IMG/VR virus record: IMGVR_UViG_3300031339_000004
Coordinates: 1-64,000 of that record
Strand: one strand, 5' to 3'
Source: a virus
Length of the DNA stretch: 64,000 bases
Positions 49,701-57,941 of this stretch are shown here, piece by piece. Below the pieces are notes generated by a model. The model was not told where the DNA came from and ran no database searches. It saw only the letters and a program-made list of their open reading frames with translations. Numbering within the stretch: the stretch's first letter is position 1; each line of letters starts with the position of its first letter. A program made the position numbers and the translations under genes.

Positions 49701-51838
49701 AATACGACATCCTGACTAAACGAATTGTTACAAGCAAAGCGTTTATCAGTAACGGTGAACTAATTGATGCAGGGGCTAATACAGACTCTTACCCAAGGAA
49801 ATACTGGAAGGACAACATTGGATACACAGTTACTGAGGTTAGGATACAAAACCCAGGTAGTGGTTATACCATTGCTCCTGAGATTAAACTTGAAGGAGCA
49901 TCTGCAAAGCAGGCCACTGCTAAGGCATTTATCGGCTATGGCAAAATTACTGCTATCAAAGTTACGTCGCCTGGCGTTGGGTATATCAATATGCCAACTG
50001 TAATAATTGATGTTCCACAGAGTGACGTTGGAATTAGGGCATCTGCAACAGCTATACTAGGCGACGGTGTTGTACGTACACCTACTGTTAAGATTAAGTT
50101 TGATAGAACTTCTGGACAATACACTATAGAAGAACTGGCAGAAGTTGCTAATTTTGTAGGGTCAAATGTAGATATTAACTACAACTTGAAATGGCCAATG
50201 GATCTTGATAACAGAAAAGTTAAAGTATATGTTAATGAAGTGCAGCAGTTGAGAAGCCAGTATTCATACACTAATATAACCTACTCTCCGACTATTGATA
50301 CATTAGCTGAAGATTTTAACTACGGTAATGGTAATGTAGCAGCAGGGCCAGGCACTCAACAGATATCCAATGGCTACACTTACCAGCAAGGAAGAATAAT
50401 ATTTACTAAGCCTCCTGCTAACCAGTCTGATGTACGAATAGAGTATTACAGACCAATAAGTATGTTGTCAGCAGCAGACAGAATTAAGTTTGCATATAAC
50501 CCATTAAGTGGAATGTTAGGTAGTGAACTAGCACAGGTAATGACAGGGATTGATTATGGCGGAGTAGAAGTTAGCGGGCTGGGCTTTGAAATAGAAACAG
50601 GGTGGGATACCGAAGGATGGTATACTGATACATGGGACACTGATGATACTAACTTTGAAGATGAAGTATTTGTAGCAGATGGGTCAACAACTGCTGTTGA
50701 ATTAAGAGAGGCTCTTGAAGATGGCGTTATTTATAACATCTACAAGAACGGTATTCGTTTAGACGATCCAGAATACGGAACCGCAGAACAGGTTAACCAA
50801 AATGCAGTAACATCAAGTATCTTCGGTGACGGTTCGACTTCTGTAGTTGAGCTAGCTGATCTAGGAATTACGTTGGTCAACGAGGATGTGTTGATAATTA
50901 GAAAATCCACTAGCGACGGTAGTGTAGCGCCTGATGATGAAAGTTATGACCAAGCATTGATAGGTGGCAATCTTGCGTACTCGTCTGCGCGAGGAGTTAA
51001 CCCAGAGGAAATTATTGTCGACGGTGACAGCTTCATAACTCCAACAACCAGCGGAGGACCAGAGGAGCTAGTATCTGGACAGGTAATGGACGCGCTAGAT
51101 TTGAGAGTTTATAATAGAGATGTCTCTGCGGCAACAAATGTGTCAACGTTTGCATATCGCCAGTTTAAAGACATACTCAACAGAACACACTTTAAGCGTC
51201 TAAACAGTGCAGTAACAACCCTTGCTCAACCTTTAAATAGTTATGATCTTAGGATCGAAGTTCAAGACGGGGCGAACCTAGCAGTGCCGGATAAAGGGAG
51301 AAATCTCCCTGGAATTATCTTTATTGACAAAGAAAGAATTGAATATTTTGTTAAAGACGGTAACACACTCCGACAATTGCGTCGTGGTACGCTGGGCACA
51401 GGCACTGCCCAACAGCATGCTGTAGGAACAAAAGTGTACGATCAAAACAGTGACAAAACAATTCCGTATAAAGACAGAACTATTGTACAGAATTTTACGA
51501 CAGATGGCGTTACTGGATCGTTTGCAATTGGCTTTACTATATCGTCAGTTAACGAAATTGAAGTATTTGTAGCTGGCACTAGATTGCGCAAGCAAGCAAC
51601 GCAGGTTTTTGATGCAACAGTTGCATTAAATAGTCCGGACGGCGATATTAGTATACCTGCAGACTTTGAAATTGTGGACGGAGAAATTGTGCTAACTACA
51701 GTACCGGCTGAAAATGTAAGAGTTACAGTAGTTAAAAAAGTTGGAAATACGTGGGCTAAACCCGGCGAATCTCTTGCAACAACTAACACACCAATAGCAA
51801 ACTTCTTACGTGCAGGAACTTCGGCGCAGCCAGAATAA
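37739..51838 (+). CDS. Giant baseplate wedge/virion protein (gp7 position), 4699 aa
   Basis: Follows gp6; contains CBM5/12-like W...Y..G..V.Y....Y.A repeats, FG-GAP-like propeller repeats and G.GY...P.V repeats. Confidence 0.65.
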   Translation: MASNDSQNESPLPTPGNNKRTAADLLPRFFRTEANKKFLQGTIDQLIQPGVAEKLNGFLGRKTAKAYKSTDNYISDVSVDRGNYQLEPVAVIKDNLDNVTFYKDYNDYLGSLRYFGANTDNASRLNSQDTYAWAPHIDYDKFVNFREYYWLPNGPLSIQVSGEQRDVVSTYSVTTVNDGDNVAYVFNDTATRNPTLKLYRGQTYRFEIDTPGYPLAFSVNRIFDDSVNVSTFFPDGVRKLDDSGQEVSTAYIEKGTIEFTVPYNAAERVFYLSKNSIDTSGLFRIYDIESNTFLDVADDILGKKTYQTATGLALSNGMKLTFVGNITPANYADSAWYVEGVGTNIKLINEADLVIPAAYSTNKLIPYDSDQFDRFPFANASSYAKSKDYILSNRASKDRNAWSRYNRWFHKAVITAGFEQADLPVNIDEETRAKRPIIEFEAGLKLYSFGTEAKADVTLIDDFTKDVFSTIEGQLGYNVDNVDLTEGMRVLFTADTDILVNGKIYEVNFINVSNQRQISLVEVEDSEPKENETVLVTQGKVNAGVSFYYDNTWKQGQLKETLNQAPLFDLCDCQFGNNLESQEFYDSSTFNGTKLFSYRQGLGSNDLELGFPLTYRNIENSGDILFDFNLLSDKFTYQIDEEVTEVTTDSALLRKYSARTSFEWLNGWSKTPVKSKQYVIRQYEVTNIENNNFRIDVYKDSGLLNDLTTIVYVNNKLQLINVDYEINRINKVAIVQFDKNLLNGDIVQIKTDSKTVKNNNGYYEFPHNLERNPLNQDIKDFTLGEVIAHVDSLIEEVPSFAGAFPGPGNLRDLGDVARFGKKFVKHSGSINFPLYHTTSKEYNIVKALRYSRDEYAKFKRIFLETATTLGFDGNTLMHVDKILERVNKDKIKTQPFYFSDMIAYGPNNVIEYQVLDSRTELYALNNAFNLSTLSARSVLVYLNGKQLIVGSHYTFNPQGFVVVTAGQQEGDILELIEYEVTDGSFIAPTPSKLGLYPKFSPELTIDDTYQTSAPVNPGPYKVYGEQDIVSTNDVRGWFYPVYTTKSAAKAADQVAGGSGQISTVRFKGLTESLYIANSATNILGGQDNVEIDTYPVGIPFIRGHDGSYVRAYLDFRDELLLDLEKRIFNNIKVQWTEDVIDIDGFFGGDFRPSEFSSAEINKSLSPEFTHWLKLVDNDYTDNFFYDRTNEFTYNYSNANNLADEDLPGFWRAVYKQAFDTDRPHSHPWEMLGFRIKPLWWNESYGSAPYTGDNLNMWRDLEQGIVREPGKEIIFLTKYARPGLVNFIPSDQKGKLKSPLASSYVKNFILRLSTQSFKFGDQSPVETAWRRSPQYPFSVVTAMLLNQPSKVFGAGYDVSRIKTNLVGQRVYTETNKFMSNTGVVFPNTSQDSSRVLTSGFVNYIYNLVAGDILSVYSDYQLQFLELRNQLGFKLAGFSDKSKINLVLESTTPRIDAQAGVFVPQENYEVVFNTSSPVDFVVYSGVAIEKTAGGFLLRGYNNDVPFLDYYPPKLGTSGVDITIGGISEIPSNWVADTQFYEGQVIEHNNAYYRATVRFRSQEVFSTDNLAKLPKLPVTGGKSANFKKNFDDRTVLSLQYGERLDSSQEVIDFLLGYGKRLEDLGFDFNYTEAEIVNNWSQAAKEFLFWSTQGWAAGTAITISPAANKVEFKREFAVVDNIFDNFYSYSLLKADGLALLSEYSSLLRDQSSFGIQTVNTDDGLYSVALALVQKEHVVVIDNRTIFNDIIYEPATGYRRDRIKIVGYRSDDWNGGLNIPGFVYDGAVMLEWASWKDFQIGSLVKYKQFYYVAIENVPGSKEFNTSLWYRLSKKPEAELITNFDYRINQFTDFYDLDTDGFDAELQRMAQHLTGYQKRQYLANIITDDVSQYKFYQGMIQDKGTKNALSKMFEKLGAAGKESLEFFEEWAIQVGRYGAIDNTSQIEINLKQDQIRISPQPIELTDDIPLSNLEKVYRIKSFELYDKPANYTGAPFFTKPLVNEYVRTAGYVDENDVTFIAGSTEDLRNGNVDDVALGEYIWITEILDRPWDVYQHVTTGIKVSKLLDNKETNKFGDSLRELTLDRYTTNRILVGDIIGVRDTRTLGVNGFYEVDSIDLIKLNVINIRVPTDAAFETFADENFQLTLLRSVRLNNLLELQDVVQDTLYQDQTAWIDNYNGDWAVLNNSSVYTNEQALTNPVQEEGIEHKYGNEVLVTADNNNVFVTAPEVENGKVYYYRRSSESFNVQLDQEISFAQQGLMTSFANGFASSVSVSPDGEYLIAGLPQASGVKTRFQGLFDPDATYTKNQIVKFRESLWRANRTIFPQISTQPFSTFSSYNNIIGSFDDNDQLAALIIAGDSQLANNVTNHILVRAPKEMYQGTTVGDKVNLFWNARSYSYPTLDFYEPFDGLIPEISSSFLNQEHIIKEKIDHVFYVELYTALPSVNDRVTTDTGQATVYYVSTSRDGVIIYLKESNGTFETSGQLFIDNQDLIGVYTEEDTVSTNDAVTGFWYIETPTDYSNNGVYYDAGKGLVYADVRIENETREVNDYYNIQLTAGVIGNDFDDRNQASFVAQLSFTGDLTSADGQVGPEVSVPSSQWLVRTGKVFSDTLVSGDQLQLSLFESNERIINFAPSGLTGGYSTFNKLQTIVDMWDGYIDFNFTRFDAQGFVFQPQIGDVLEDLQMPRNGQGGLAITGITTSSAEVTWVQRNFNQVRVYVKNITGTWDQLNNIGRYNVKRNRNTAIRGQADVDRIIGVVEDSDNDICVGNDLIGKLIVFEADEIFADSRKWNEIIPITGEEYWFYTENIAQGAGRVPNPPFSLNKDYVQIYHIEADNFGTAGPVNEGAVAIYRRLTGGTYSYQRTIVSEYGMEDRQFGRDVEIRQVGNYYTLFVSSIGNGAQQELVGGIEIFRHGALAGENFKGNYAPGTYIKGDIVTFEDDYYVANKDQTEVESRIKDSIFWANISWKQGKDSNYRGEWNNSYGYAEGSIVFYNDKFYSAVTNISTGAGFVTTDWKQLSNLIDYVGFLPNVTGFTAYNEEVFESSNTPNVLVDFSKAYDISSNGQVIVTTATITGSDSTVNDTRVLIYRETDNKFLLSQIINAPELQNSTNWAYKISMRPDGMSFAISASLDDSAKVNQGQVYIYMQVDSEFVLTQTLLPPNNEEGEQFGYDMSYGQDNLVISSLNGDQKIPTTFDLVTNNETIIDNRFTRFNETILDSGVVYIFETLNDQLVFSERFRYDSATSQFGETLLSNGNHVYVGIPSLVTTTGQGVVVDYRKPKGKFAWNVLRESIVPVDISKIQGVFVYNKRTNEIITYLDYIDPVQGKIAGIAEQDITYKIGTDPAAYNVGILSDNTVDVDIFWAEKQVGQVWWNINTARFEWPYQGSISYQKEVWNVLAQGASIDVYEWVETQYTPLRWDALSATDAGSSLGITGTSLYGDEKYSARLTYDDISQTFSTVYYFWVQNKRDVPVNRTLSVFDITNLIRSPREQGYRFVSFLSDSRMVLNNFENIVTSDDVVLNIRYDTRETKIQNTHLQYLLMSDGSGVSKPTADIERKWFDSLIGFDENNRPVPNPAIPIAKRTGIQNRPRQGMFVNRTEALKQFIERVNLVLSKNLVVDQYQTSRLFSKDDAPSIATRKYDIVVDTTFDLDFLSINKITPARLEPVIVNGKIIQVNILSSGRGYKIEPTVEVAGAGKNFEVKLSINNLGQVTTAIVTNEGSGYGDATVLLPRRYSVLVNNDDNLNGKWAIYSWNEIERNWFRTQIQAFDVSRFWDYRDWYAEGFNQFTDIDFEIEGTYLLGGLRDTIGNVVKAKSISSGGWLLLKKIANEETEDFTINYDTIGRQAGTISFNESLYNVEKNAVGFDSRSYDSFFYDSVIAKELRIIFEVIRDDLFIAELAVEYNQLFFASLRYVLSEQPAVDWMFKSAFINVKHNVGNLDQKVNFENDKLASYQAYVNEVKPYSSKVREFISSYTSIDDTQSAVTDFDLAPQYDILTKRIVTSKAFISNGELIDAGANTDSYPRKYWKDNIGYTVTEVRIQNPGSGYTIAPEIKLEGASAKQATAKAFIGYGKITAIKVTSPGVGYINMPTVIIDVPQSDVGIRASATAILGDGVVRTPTVKIKFDRTSGQYTIEELAEVANFVGSNVDINYNLKWPMDLDNRKVKVYVNEVQQLRSQYSYTNITYSPTIDTLAEDFNYGNGNVAAGPGTQQISNGYTYQQGRIIFTKPPANQSDVRIEYYRPISMLSAADRIKFAYNPLSGMLGSELAQVMTGIDYGGVEVSGLGFEIETGWDTEGWYTDTWDTDDTNFEDEVFVADGSTTAVELREALEDGVIYNIYKNGIRLDDPEYGTAEQVNQNAVTSSIFGDGSTSVVELADLGITLVNEDVLIIRKSTSDGSVAPDDESYDQALIGGNLAYSSARGVNPEEIIVDGDSFITPTTSGGPEELVSGQVMDALDLRVYNRDVSAATNVSTFAYRQFKDILNRTHFKRLNSAVTTLAQPLNSYDLRIEVQDGANLAVPDKGRNLPGIIFIDKERIEYFVKDGNTLRQLRRGTLGTGTAQQHAVGTKVYDQNSDKTIPYKDRTIVQNFTTDGVTGSFAIGFTISSVNEIEVFVAGTRLRKQATQVFDATVALNSPDGDISIPADFEIVDGEIVLTTVPAENVRVTVVKKVGNTWAKPGESLATTNTPIANFLRAGTSAQPE

Positions 51839-51857
51839 ATACAGTATAGGAAAAACA

Positions 51858-52460
51858 ATGAGCGGAACTATGCAAGACAATAACGGTATACGAGTAACAG
51901 GACATATTAGAGCCTTTGACCCTGAAACTAATTACGAGTACGTAAACAAACGGAATGCTATACATTACGAAAATATGAGTATCTCGCTAGCAGAGAGTGT
52001 GTCTAATGCTGGCCGTGGTTTTGTTTACGAGATGAATTTTGGCAACGGTGGAACTACTGTTGATCAAACAGGTATTATTACATATCTTACTCCTAACTCA
52101 AATGGCACCAACGCAAGCTTGTATAATCAGACTTATACTAAGGTTGTTGACGACAGAAGCGTAAATAATACAGACCCAGCCAGAAATAGAATAGAAACAA
52201 GACATCTTAGTGGTACTAATTACACTGACTTGATTATTAGTTGTTTATTAGACTATGGTGAGCCAGACGGTCAGCAAGCGTTTGACACTGCTACTAACAC
52301 AGATGATTTATTTGTATTTGATGAGTTAGGCCTGAGAGCTTTTTCGCCCGGGCAAGCTGGTCGTCTAATGACTCATGTTATATTTCACCCAATACAAAAA
52401 TCATTAAACCGACTGATACAAATTGACTATACAGTGCGTATTCAAAGTCTAGCAGGTTAA
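51858..52460 (+). CDS. Conserved baseplate/virion protein (start revised to 51858)
   Basis: ATG after ATAAATA (51835-51841) and AGGA; FDELGL...THVIFHP.QKS.NR...I.Y.VR motif. Confidence 0.7.
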   Translation: MSGTMQDNNGIRVTGHIRAFDPETNYEYVNKRNAIHYENMSISLAESVSNAGRGFVYEMNFGNGGTTVDQTGIITYLTPNSNGTNASLYNQTYTKVVDDRSVNNTDPARNRIETRHLSGTNYTDLIISCLLDYGEPDGQQAFDTATNTDDLFVFDELGLRAFSPGQAGRLMTHVIFHPIQKSLNRLIQIDYTVRIQSLAG

Positions 52461-52470
52461 GGAGCAAAGA

Positions 52471-54504
52471 ATGGCATACGAAATTAAATACACCGACAAT
52501 GTTAATAAGGGTATTATTATTGTTGAGGAAGGCGATATAGACACTACTTCAACTTCTTTGGCTTTTCCTGGAAGAGACTCCCGGCAGTATGGAGGAGTAA
52601 TTGCTGAGAACTTCCTGCATTTGTTAGAAAACTTTGCTAGTGACACAGCCCCCCAAACTCCTGTAGAAGGTCAATTATGGTACGACACTAGAGCCGGCAT
52701 TGATCAGTTAAAAGTGTATGACGGCACTAATTGGACTGCAAGTGGCGGACTAAAAAAAGCAACTTCTGTACCGGCAGTATCAAATTCTGTCTCAGGAGAA
52801 CTTTGGGTTAATACCGAAAGTCAGCAACTATATTTGTTTACTGGCACTAGCTGGGTGCTAGTCGGTCCTAATTTTAGTGACGGGTTGTTAACAGGAACAG
52901 AATCGCAGGAAATAGTAGGAACAGATAATATAACCTATACCGTACTTGCTATTAAAGTAAAAAATGTTCCAACTATCATTGTCAGTCCTAGTCAGTTCGT
53001 ACCTAAAGCAGCAATATCGGGATTTAGAGCTGGAATAAATCCAGGACTTAATCTAAGTACGTTGATTATTGCAGGCGCAGGTGTGTCAAAATATTGGGGC
53101 ACGTCAGAGAAAGCCGAAAACTTAGTTATTGCAGAGCAAGCAATACCAGCAAGCTCTTTTCTAAGAGGAGACTCAGTTTCCACTACTAACTTTGAATTTA
53201 AAGTTAAAAACAACAACGGTATCACAATAGGAGTAGGTGGGCAGCTATCTCTAGCTGTTGACAACGAAGCCGGAGTTATTCAGCACAATACAGCTGGCTC
53301 AAACATTGACTTTCGGTTGAGGAACGGAAACAGAACACCAACTGTTCTTCGAATTGACTCTGAAGGACTAGTAGGAATCAATAATGCTGCTCCGGAAGAA
53401 GCGCTTGACGTTATAGGAAATGTTGTTACTTCAGGCTCGCTAGTTGTTGGCAGCACTGAAAATAGCACAAACTTTAGTTCTGGTTCTTTTGTAACCAAAG
53501 GAAGTGCCGGTGTTGCTGGAAACTTAAATGTCGGTGCCGATGCAAAAATAAACGGTGACGTAATTGCTGGAAATATTATTCCTGACGGTGCTACTGAGCG
53601 AAACGTAGGCACTTCAGCGTTGCGCTATGATCAAATGCATGCCCAAACGTTTTTTGGTAACCTGCAGGGTAACGTAAGCGGAACTGTGTCAGGCAGAGCA
53701 GGCAGTGCAAGCAGACTAGCAAGTACTACTACCTTTGGAGTTACTGGGGACGTAGAAGATACAAGTTTTGCTTTTGATGGTCAGGTTGGCGGTACTAACA
53801 AGACGTTTGACATTCGAATTGCGAATAGCTTTATAGCAAATAAAGACCCGGTTTTGGACGTAGACTCCGCAGACGAAATAATAATAAATAGAATAGTAGG
53901 TGACACTGGGGTATTTAGAGTTACTAAACGAAACTTTTTAAAGTCAATCCCACTTATGCCAGTAGGAGCATATATGCCGTTTGCTGGTGAAGAAGCTCCT
54001 GCAGGTTGGCTACTGTGTGACGGAAGTGAAGTTGATAAGTCTCGGTATACAGAGTTGTTTACCGTAATACGTTATAACTTTCGAGATGCTTCGTTATTAA
54101 GCGACCAAGGTGTTAGCACATTTGCTCTACCTGATATGAGAGGAAGATTTCCTCTAGGTTTAGATAATATGGGAGGACCTAGTGCTAACACAGTGACTAA
54201 CCCCGCAGCAGATATAATTGGGGGCGTCAACGGTTCCGAAACAGTGCAAGTTAACACAGAGAACTTACCAGAACACGAGCACGATATGGAAGGGGAATCA
54301 GGAACTCAGTATTATGGGTTTAGGGTAGGCTCTGGTGCACCAATCGACGATGATGCAATTACCCTTTCAACCGAAGCTGGCGCCGGCGGCACGCAGGGAC
54401 TAGCGTCATCTGGCGGCGTAAAAACAAATGATCAACTAGGCCAACCGTTATCAGTAATGAACCCATTTTTAGGGTCGAACTACATAATCTATACTGGAAA
54501 TTAA
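52471..54504 (+). CDS. Tail fibre/baseplate protein with tail-collar domain (gp10/gp12-like)
   Basis: P.G...PFAG..AP.GWLLCDG......Y..LF.VI...F.LPDMRGRFP.G collar domain; LPEH.H tip motif. Confidence 0.8.
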   Translation: MAYEIKYTDNVNKGIIIVEEGDIDTTSTSLAFPGRDSRQYGGVIAENFLHLLENFASDTAPQTPVEGQLWYDTRAGIDQLKVYDGTNWTASGGLKKATSVPAVSNSVSGELWVNTESQQLYLFTGTSWVLVGPNFSDGLLTGTESQEIVGTDNITYTVLAIKVKNVPTIIVSPSQFVPKAAISGFRAGINPGLNLSTLIIAGAGVSKYWGTSEKAENLVIAEQAIPASSFLRGDSVSTTNFEFKVKNNNGITIGVGGQLSLAVDNEAGVIQHNTAGSNIDFRLRNGNRTPTVLRIDSEGLVGINNAAPEEALDVIGNVVTSGSLVVGSTENSTNFSSGSFVTKGSAGVAGNLNVGADAKINGDVIAGNIIPDGATERNVGTSALRYDQMHAQTFFGNLQGNVSGTVSGRAGSASRLASTTTFGVTGDVEDTSFAFDGQVGGTNKTFDIRIANSFIANKDPVLDVDSADEIIINRIVGDTGVFRVTKRNFLKSIPLMPVGAYMPFAGEEAPAGWLLCDGSEVDKSRYTELFTVIRYNFRDASLLSDQGVSTFALPDMRGRFPLGLDNMGGPSANTVTNPAADIIGGVNGSETVQVNTENLPEHEHDMEGESGTQYYGFRVGSGAPIDDDAITLSTEAGAGGTQGLASSGGVKTNDQLGQPLSVMNPFLGSNYIIYTGN

Positions 54505-54506
54505 GA

Positions 54507-56402
54507 ATGAGTTATCAAATAAACAAAACTGACGGATCGCTATTAGTTGACTTAGTTGACGGACAAATTGATTCTAATAGTACTAACCTTGTGTTAGTAG
54601 GGAGAAACTACACCGGCTATGGTGAAATTTTTAATGAAAACTTTGTTAGACTATTAGAAAATTTTTCAAATAGTGCAGCGCCGAGTAATCCGTTAAAAGG
54701 ACAAACTTGGTGGGACACTGCTAATCAAAGACTAAAAGTTTATAATGGATTAGTGTGGATAGCCAGCGGCAGTCCGTTTGTGCAGCCTACTATTCCTCTA
54801 ATGGTAACTGGCGATTTATGGATAGACAACCTAAATAATCAGTTATATGCGTTTGACGGTGTTGACGTTATATTAATTGGTCCACAGTATACTAAATCAC
54901 AAGGTGAGAGCGGCTTTAGAACCGGAACACTGTTAGATGAAAGTAGCCGTTCTCGCACAGTGTCTTATTTGTACATCGGCGGCACCCTAGTTGGTCTACT
55001 TAGCAGCTTAGATTTTACTCCAGTAACTGGACAGAAAATAGCTGGTTTGATTACTCAGGAAAATCCGACAGGTCGAATATACGAAGGCTTTAATGTTATT
55101 AATCAAGCTACATTTAAGTTTAGAGGCATAGCAGAAGCAGCAGAGTCATTAGTATCGTCTGACGGTAGAATTAGACCGGTTGACTCGTTCCTACCGTCAG
55201 ACACAGACGGAATAACCTCAGGCACGATTACTATTCAAAACGCAGGTGGATTAACAATTGGCCTGATACGAAACACTACACAAAAAATAGTAGGTGGAAA
55301 GTTTTATATAGAAAACCAAATTTTTGATCAGGATATGAGCTTACGAGTTGCATCATCGTTAACATCATCAACAATAGATGCAGTGTATATAGATGCAAGT
55401 ACAGCAAGGGTAGGTATTTTTAATAATAACCCACAGTATGCTTTAGATGTTACCGGTGATTTACGAATTTCCGGTAATCTATTATTTTCAGGGACAGCAA
55501 ATAGTCTAGATATTAACATATTGAGAGTTGAGGATAAGGTTATACAACTAGCTAGGACGGTACCTGGATCCGAACTTAGTGCTGCTGATGCAAATGATAC
55601 TGGTATAATATTTGATATCGCCGGCTCGTTAACAAAGAAATGGACGTGGGAAAGTGTAACCAATGCATGGACTTCTAACGTAGGAATCAACATATCTGAT
55701 AGTTCTACCGGTTATCATATAGGAGGCGAGCTCAAACTAACAAATACTAGTTTAGTTAATATTCAAAAAGCGCTCGACCTAAATGAAATCGGTACTTTAA
55801 TATCACTCAGCGTTGACAATACATCAATCGACGGAACGACCATAAAGGCAGGTGCTGCAATCGCAGCAAGTGACCCTACTGATAACTTACTTCCTCTAAA
55901 TATTATAGGCACCGCTGGAATTAACATATCTTCATTAAACGGTAACATCTCTTTATCGACTCCAGCAAGGATTACTGGTGTATTAGATCCGACACAGCCG
56001 CAGGATGTTGCTACTAAACTTTATACAGACACCGCTGCTAGAAGAGAACCAGTAGGATTTTCGTTAGACGTAACCGGTCTAGGAACAGGAACTACATTGT
56101 CAGATGCAGTGGCTGTAATTCTATCAGATTTATACCAACCTTATGACGGTAAAGTAGCTATGATTCATACCGTGTCGTATTCTAACTCAGTCGTTAGTGG
56201 TGTAGATATTGCCGGTGCTACAACAATTACTTTAGTAGATGTTGACAAGAACGGAACTGAAAATCAGTCAGTTGTACAAGAAGTTGAGTTTGACCCAGCC
56301 GGCGCTTCTGGCACAGTGTCATTAACTCCAAGTAGAGCACTAATGGAATACGCTGCGGACGGAACGAATTGGAACTTGATAGTAGTAACAAATCCATATT
56401 AA
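54507..56402 (+). CDS. Tail fibre/baseplate protein, paralogue of 52471 and 56442
   Basis: Shared N-terminus GRNY.GYGE..NENF..LLENF...P..P..GQ.W.D. Confidence 0.7.
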   Translation: MSYQINKTDGSLLVDLVDGQIDSNSTNLVLVGRNYTGYGEIFNENFVRLLENFSNSAAPSNPLKGQTWWDTANQRLKVYNGLVWIASGSPFVQPTIPLMVTGDLWIDNLNNQLYAFDGVDVILIGPQYTKSQGESGFRTGTLLDESSRSRTVSYLYIGGTLVGLLSSLDFTPVTGQKIAGLITQENPTGRIYEGFNVINQATFKFRGIAEAAESLVSSDGRIRPVDSFLPSDTDGITSGTITIQNAGGLTIGLIRNTTQKIVGGKFYIENQIFDQDMSLRVASSLTSSTIDAVYIDASTARVGIFNNNPQYALDVTGDLRISGNLLFSGTANSLDINILRVEDKVIQLARTVPGSELSAADANDTGIIFDIAGSLTKKWTWESVTNAWTSNVGINISDSSTGYHIGGELKLTNTSLVNIQKALDLNEIGTLISLSVDNTSIDGTTIKAGAAIAASDPTDNLLPLNIIGTAGINISSLNGNISLSTPARITGVLDPTQPQDVATKLYTDTAARREPVGFSLDVTGLGTGTTLSDAVAVILSDLYQPYDGKVAMIHTVSYSNSVVSGVDIAGATTITLVDVDKNGTENQSVVQEVEFDPAGASGTVSLTPSRALMEYAADGTNWNLIVVTNPY

Positions 56403-56441
56403 TATATGATAAATAATACAAACGCTAAGGATTATACTTAA

Positions 56442-57932
56442 ATGGCTTATCAAATTGATAGATACAATAATACTTTATTAACAGTAGTTGATGATGGTAC
56501 TATTGACCAAACAACTGATTTAAAATTTATCGGCAAGAACTATTCGGGCTACGGTGAATTACATAACGAGAACTTTTTGTTCTTATTAGAAAACTTTTCA
56601 GGAATTAACGAACCGGCTAGGCCACTGAGTGGACAGGTGTGGTTTGACTTAGGAAGTAGCAAGTTAAAATTTTATGATGGAGCCCAGTGGCGTAGTACTG
56701 GCGGATCAGAGACTTCTGGGACTCAGCCAACTGGACTGTCAGTTGGGGACTTTTGGTGGAATTCATCAAGTGATCAATTATATGTATACAACGGAATTAA
56801 CTTTGTTCTAGTAGGTCCGCAAAACGTGGGCAACGGCGTTACTCAGTTGCAGAGTATTGAAGTAGTTGATGCTACTGGCGCAGTCCGCAATTTGATATCA
56901 GCTACTGTTAACGACGAAGTTATTTTTGTTATTAATGCTGCAAATAATTTTACTCTAGGAGTGTCTACTCCTATTCTTGGGTTCGATGGAATCAAAAGAG
57001 GCGTAACGCTAAAGTGGACTAGACTAGCAGACGATGGAGTAACCAACAGCCAACAAGTTGCAGGTAACGATTTCCGTTACTGGGGAACTGCTAGTAACGC
57101 TGAGAAGCTTGGTGGTATATCAGCAGAAAACTTTGCAACACGGGATCTAGCTAGTTTTGACAGCTTAGTAGAATTTCCAGACGCTGGCATTGCAATCGGC
57201 GATTCTAACGATTTGCAATTAAACATAGAAAACGGTAACCAGGGAGTTATACAAAACGTCACGGGCCAAAATAGTATTATCAAAATAAAAGTTACTAACG
57301 GTGCTGGTGCAGTTACTCCTACGTTTACGTTTGGTCCTACTGGTATGTTACCTGCGACAGACAACGTGTTTAATCTTGGGTCACTAACCAATAGAATACA
57401 GGACGTGTATGCAGCTAACTTTAGGGGTGAAGCTGTTAATGCAACTAACCTAAGAGTAGGATCTAATTTTAGAACTGCTTCAGTCACAGCTATTCCAAAC
57501 ACTATTGCAGTAAGAGACCCATCTGGCAACTTATCAGCTACCTTATTCCAGGGTACTGCAACTCAAGCCCGTTATGCGGACCTAGCAGAAATTTATTCAA
57601 CTAACAAAACATACCCGGTTGGAACTGTGGTATCCGTCTGTGCGCACAACGATCACGATGTCGGCGCTGCAAACGCGGGTGAAATTGCAATTGGCGTAAT
57701 TTCAGAAAACCCTGCATATTTAATGAATAGCGATGCACCCGGCCAAGCAGTTGGATTAAAAGGTCGAGTGCCGGTGAGAGTTGTTGGTATGGTAAAAAAA
57801 GGTCAAGCAGTTTACGTACATGGAAAAGGCACAGCATGTACATCACATACTGGAGCAAGTATGGTAGGTATCGCACTAGAGTCTAGCAATGATGAAAATG
57901 AAAAGCTAGTAGAATGTGTACTAAAGGTTTAA
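56442..57932 (+). CDS. Tail fibre with C-terminal intramolecular-chaperone (Peptidase G2-like) domain
   Basis: Same N-terminal family; C-terminal YADLAE.Y...GTVV...GVIS..PAYLMN...VGLKGRVPV.V.G.V.KG; upstream ATAAATA at 56409-56415. Confidence 0.7.
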   Translation: MAYQIDRYNNTLLTVVDDGTIDQTTDLKFIGKNYSGYGELHNENFLFLLENFSGINEPARPLSGQVWFDLGSSKLKFYDGAQWRSTGGSETSGTQPTGLSVGDFWWNSSSDQLYVYNGINFVLVGPQNVGNGVTQLQSIEVVDATGAVRNLISATVNDEVIFVINAANNFTLGVSTPILGFDGIKRGVTLKWTRLADDGVTNSQQVAGNDFRYWGTASNAEKLGGISAENFATRDLASFDSLVEFPDAGIAIGDSNDLQLNIENGNQGVIQNVTGQNSIIKIKVTNGAGAVTPTFTFGPTGMLPATDNVFNLGSLTNRIQDVYAANFRGEAVNATNLRVGSNFRTASVTAIPNTIAVRDPSGNLSATLFQGTATQARYADLAEIYSTNKTYPVGTVVSVCAHNDHDVGAANAGEIAIGVISENPAYLMNSDAPGQAVGLKGRVPVRVVGMVKKGQAVYVHGKGTACTSHTGASMVGIALESSNDENEKLVECVLKV

Positions 57933-57941
57933 GGATCCAGC

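Noticed and set aside
51810-51857. Track start codons at 51810 and 12880
   Set aside because: They overlap upstream genes; the downstream ATGs (51858, 12823) follow late-promoter motifs and fit better
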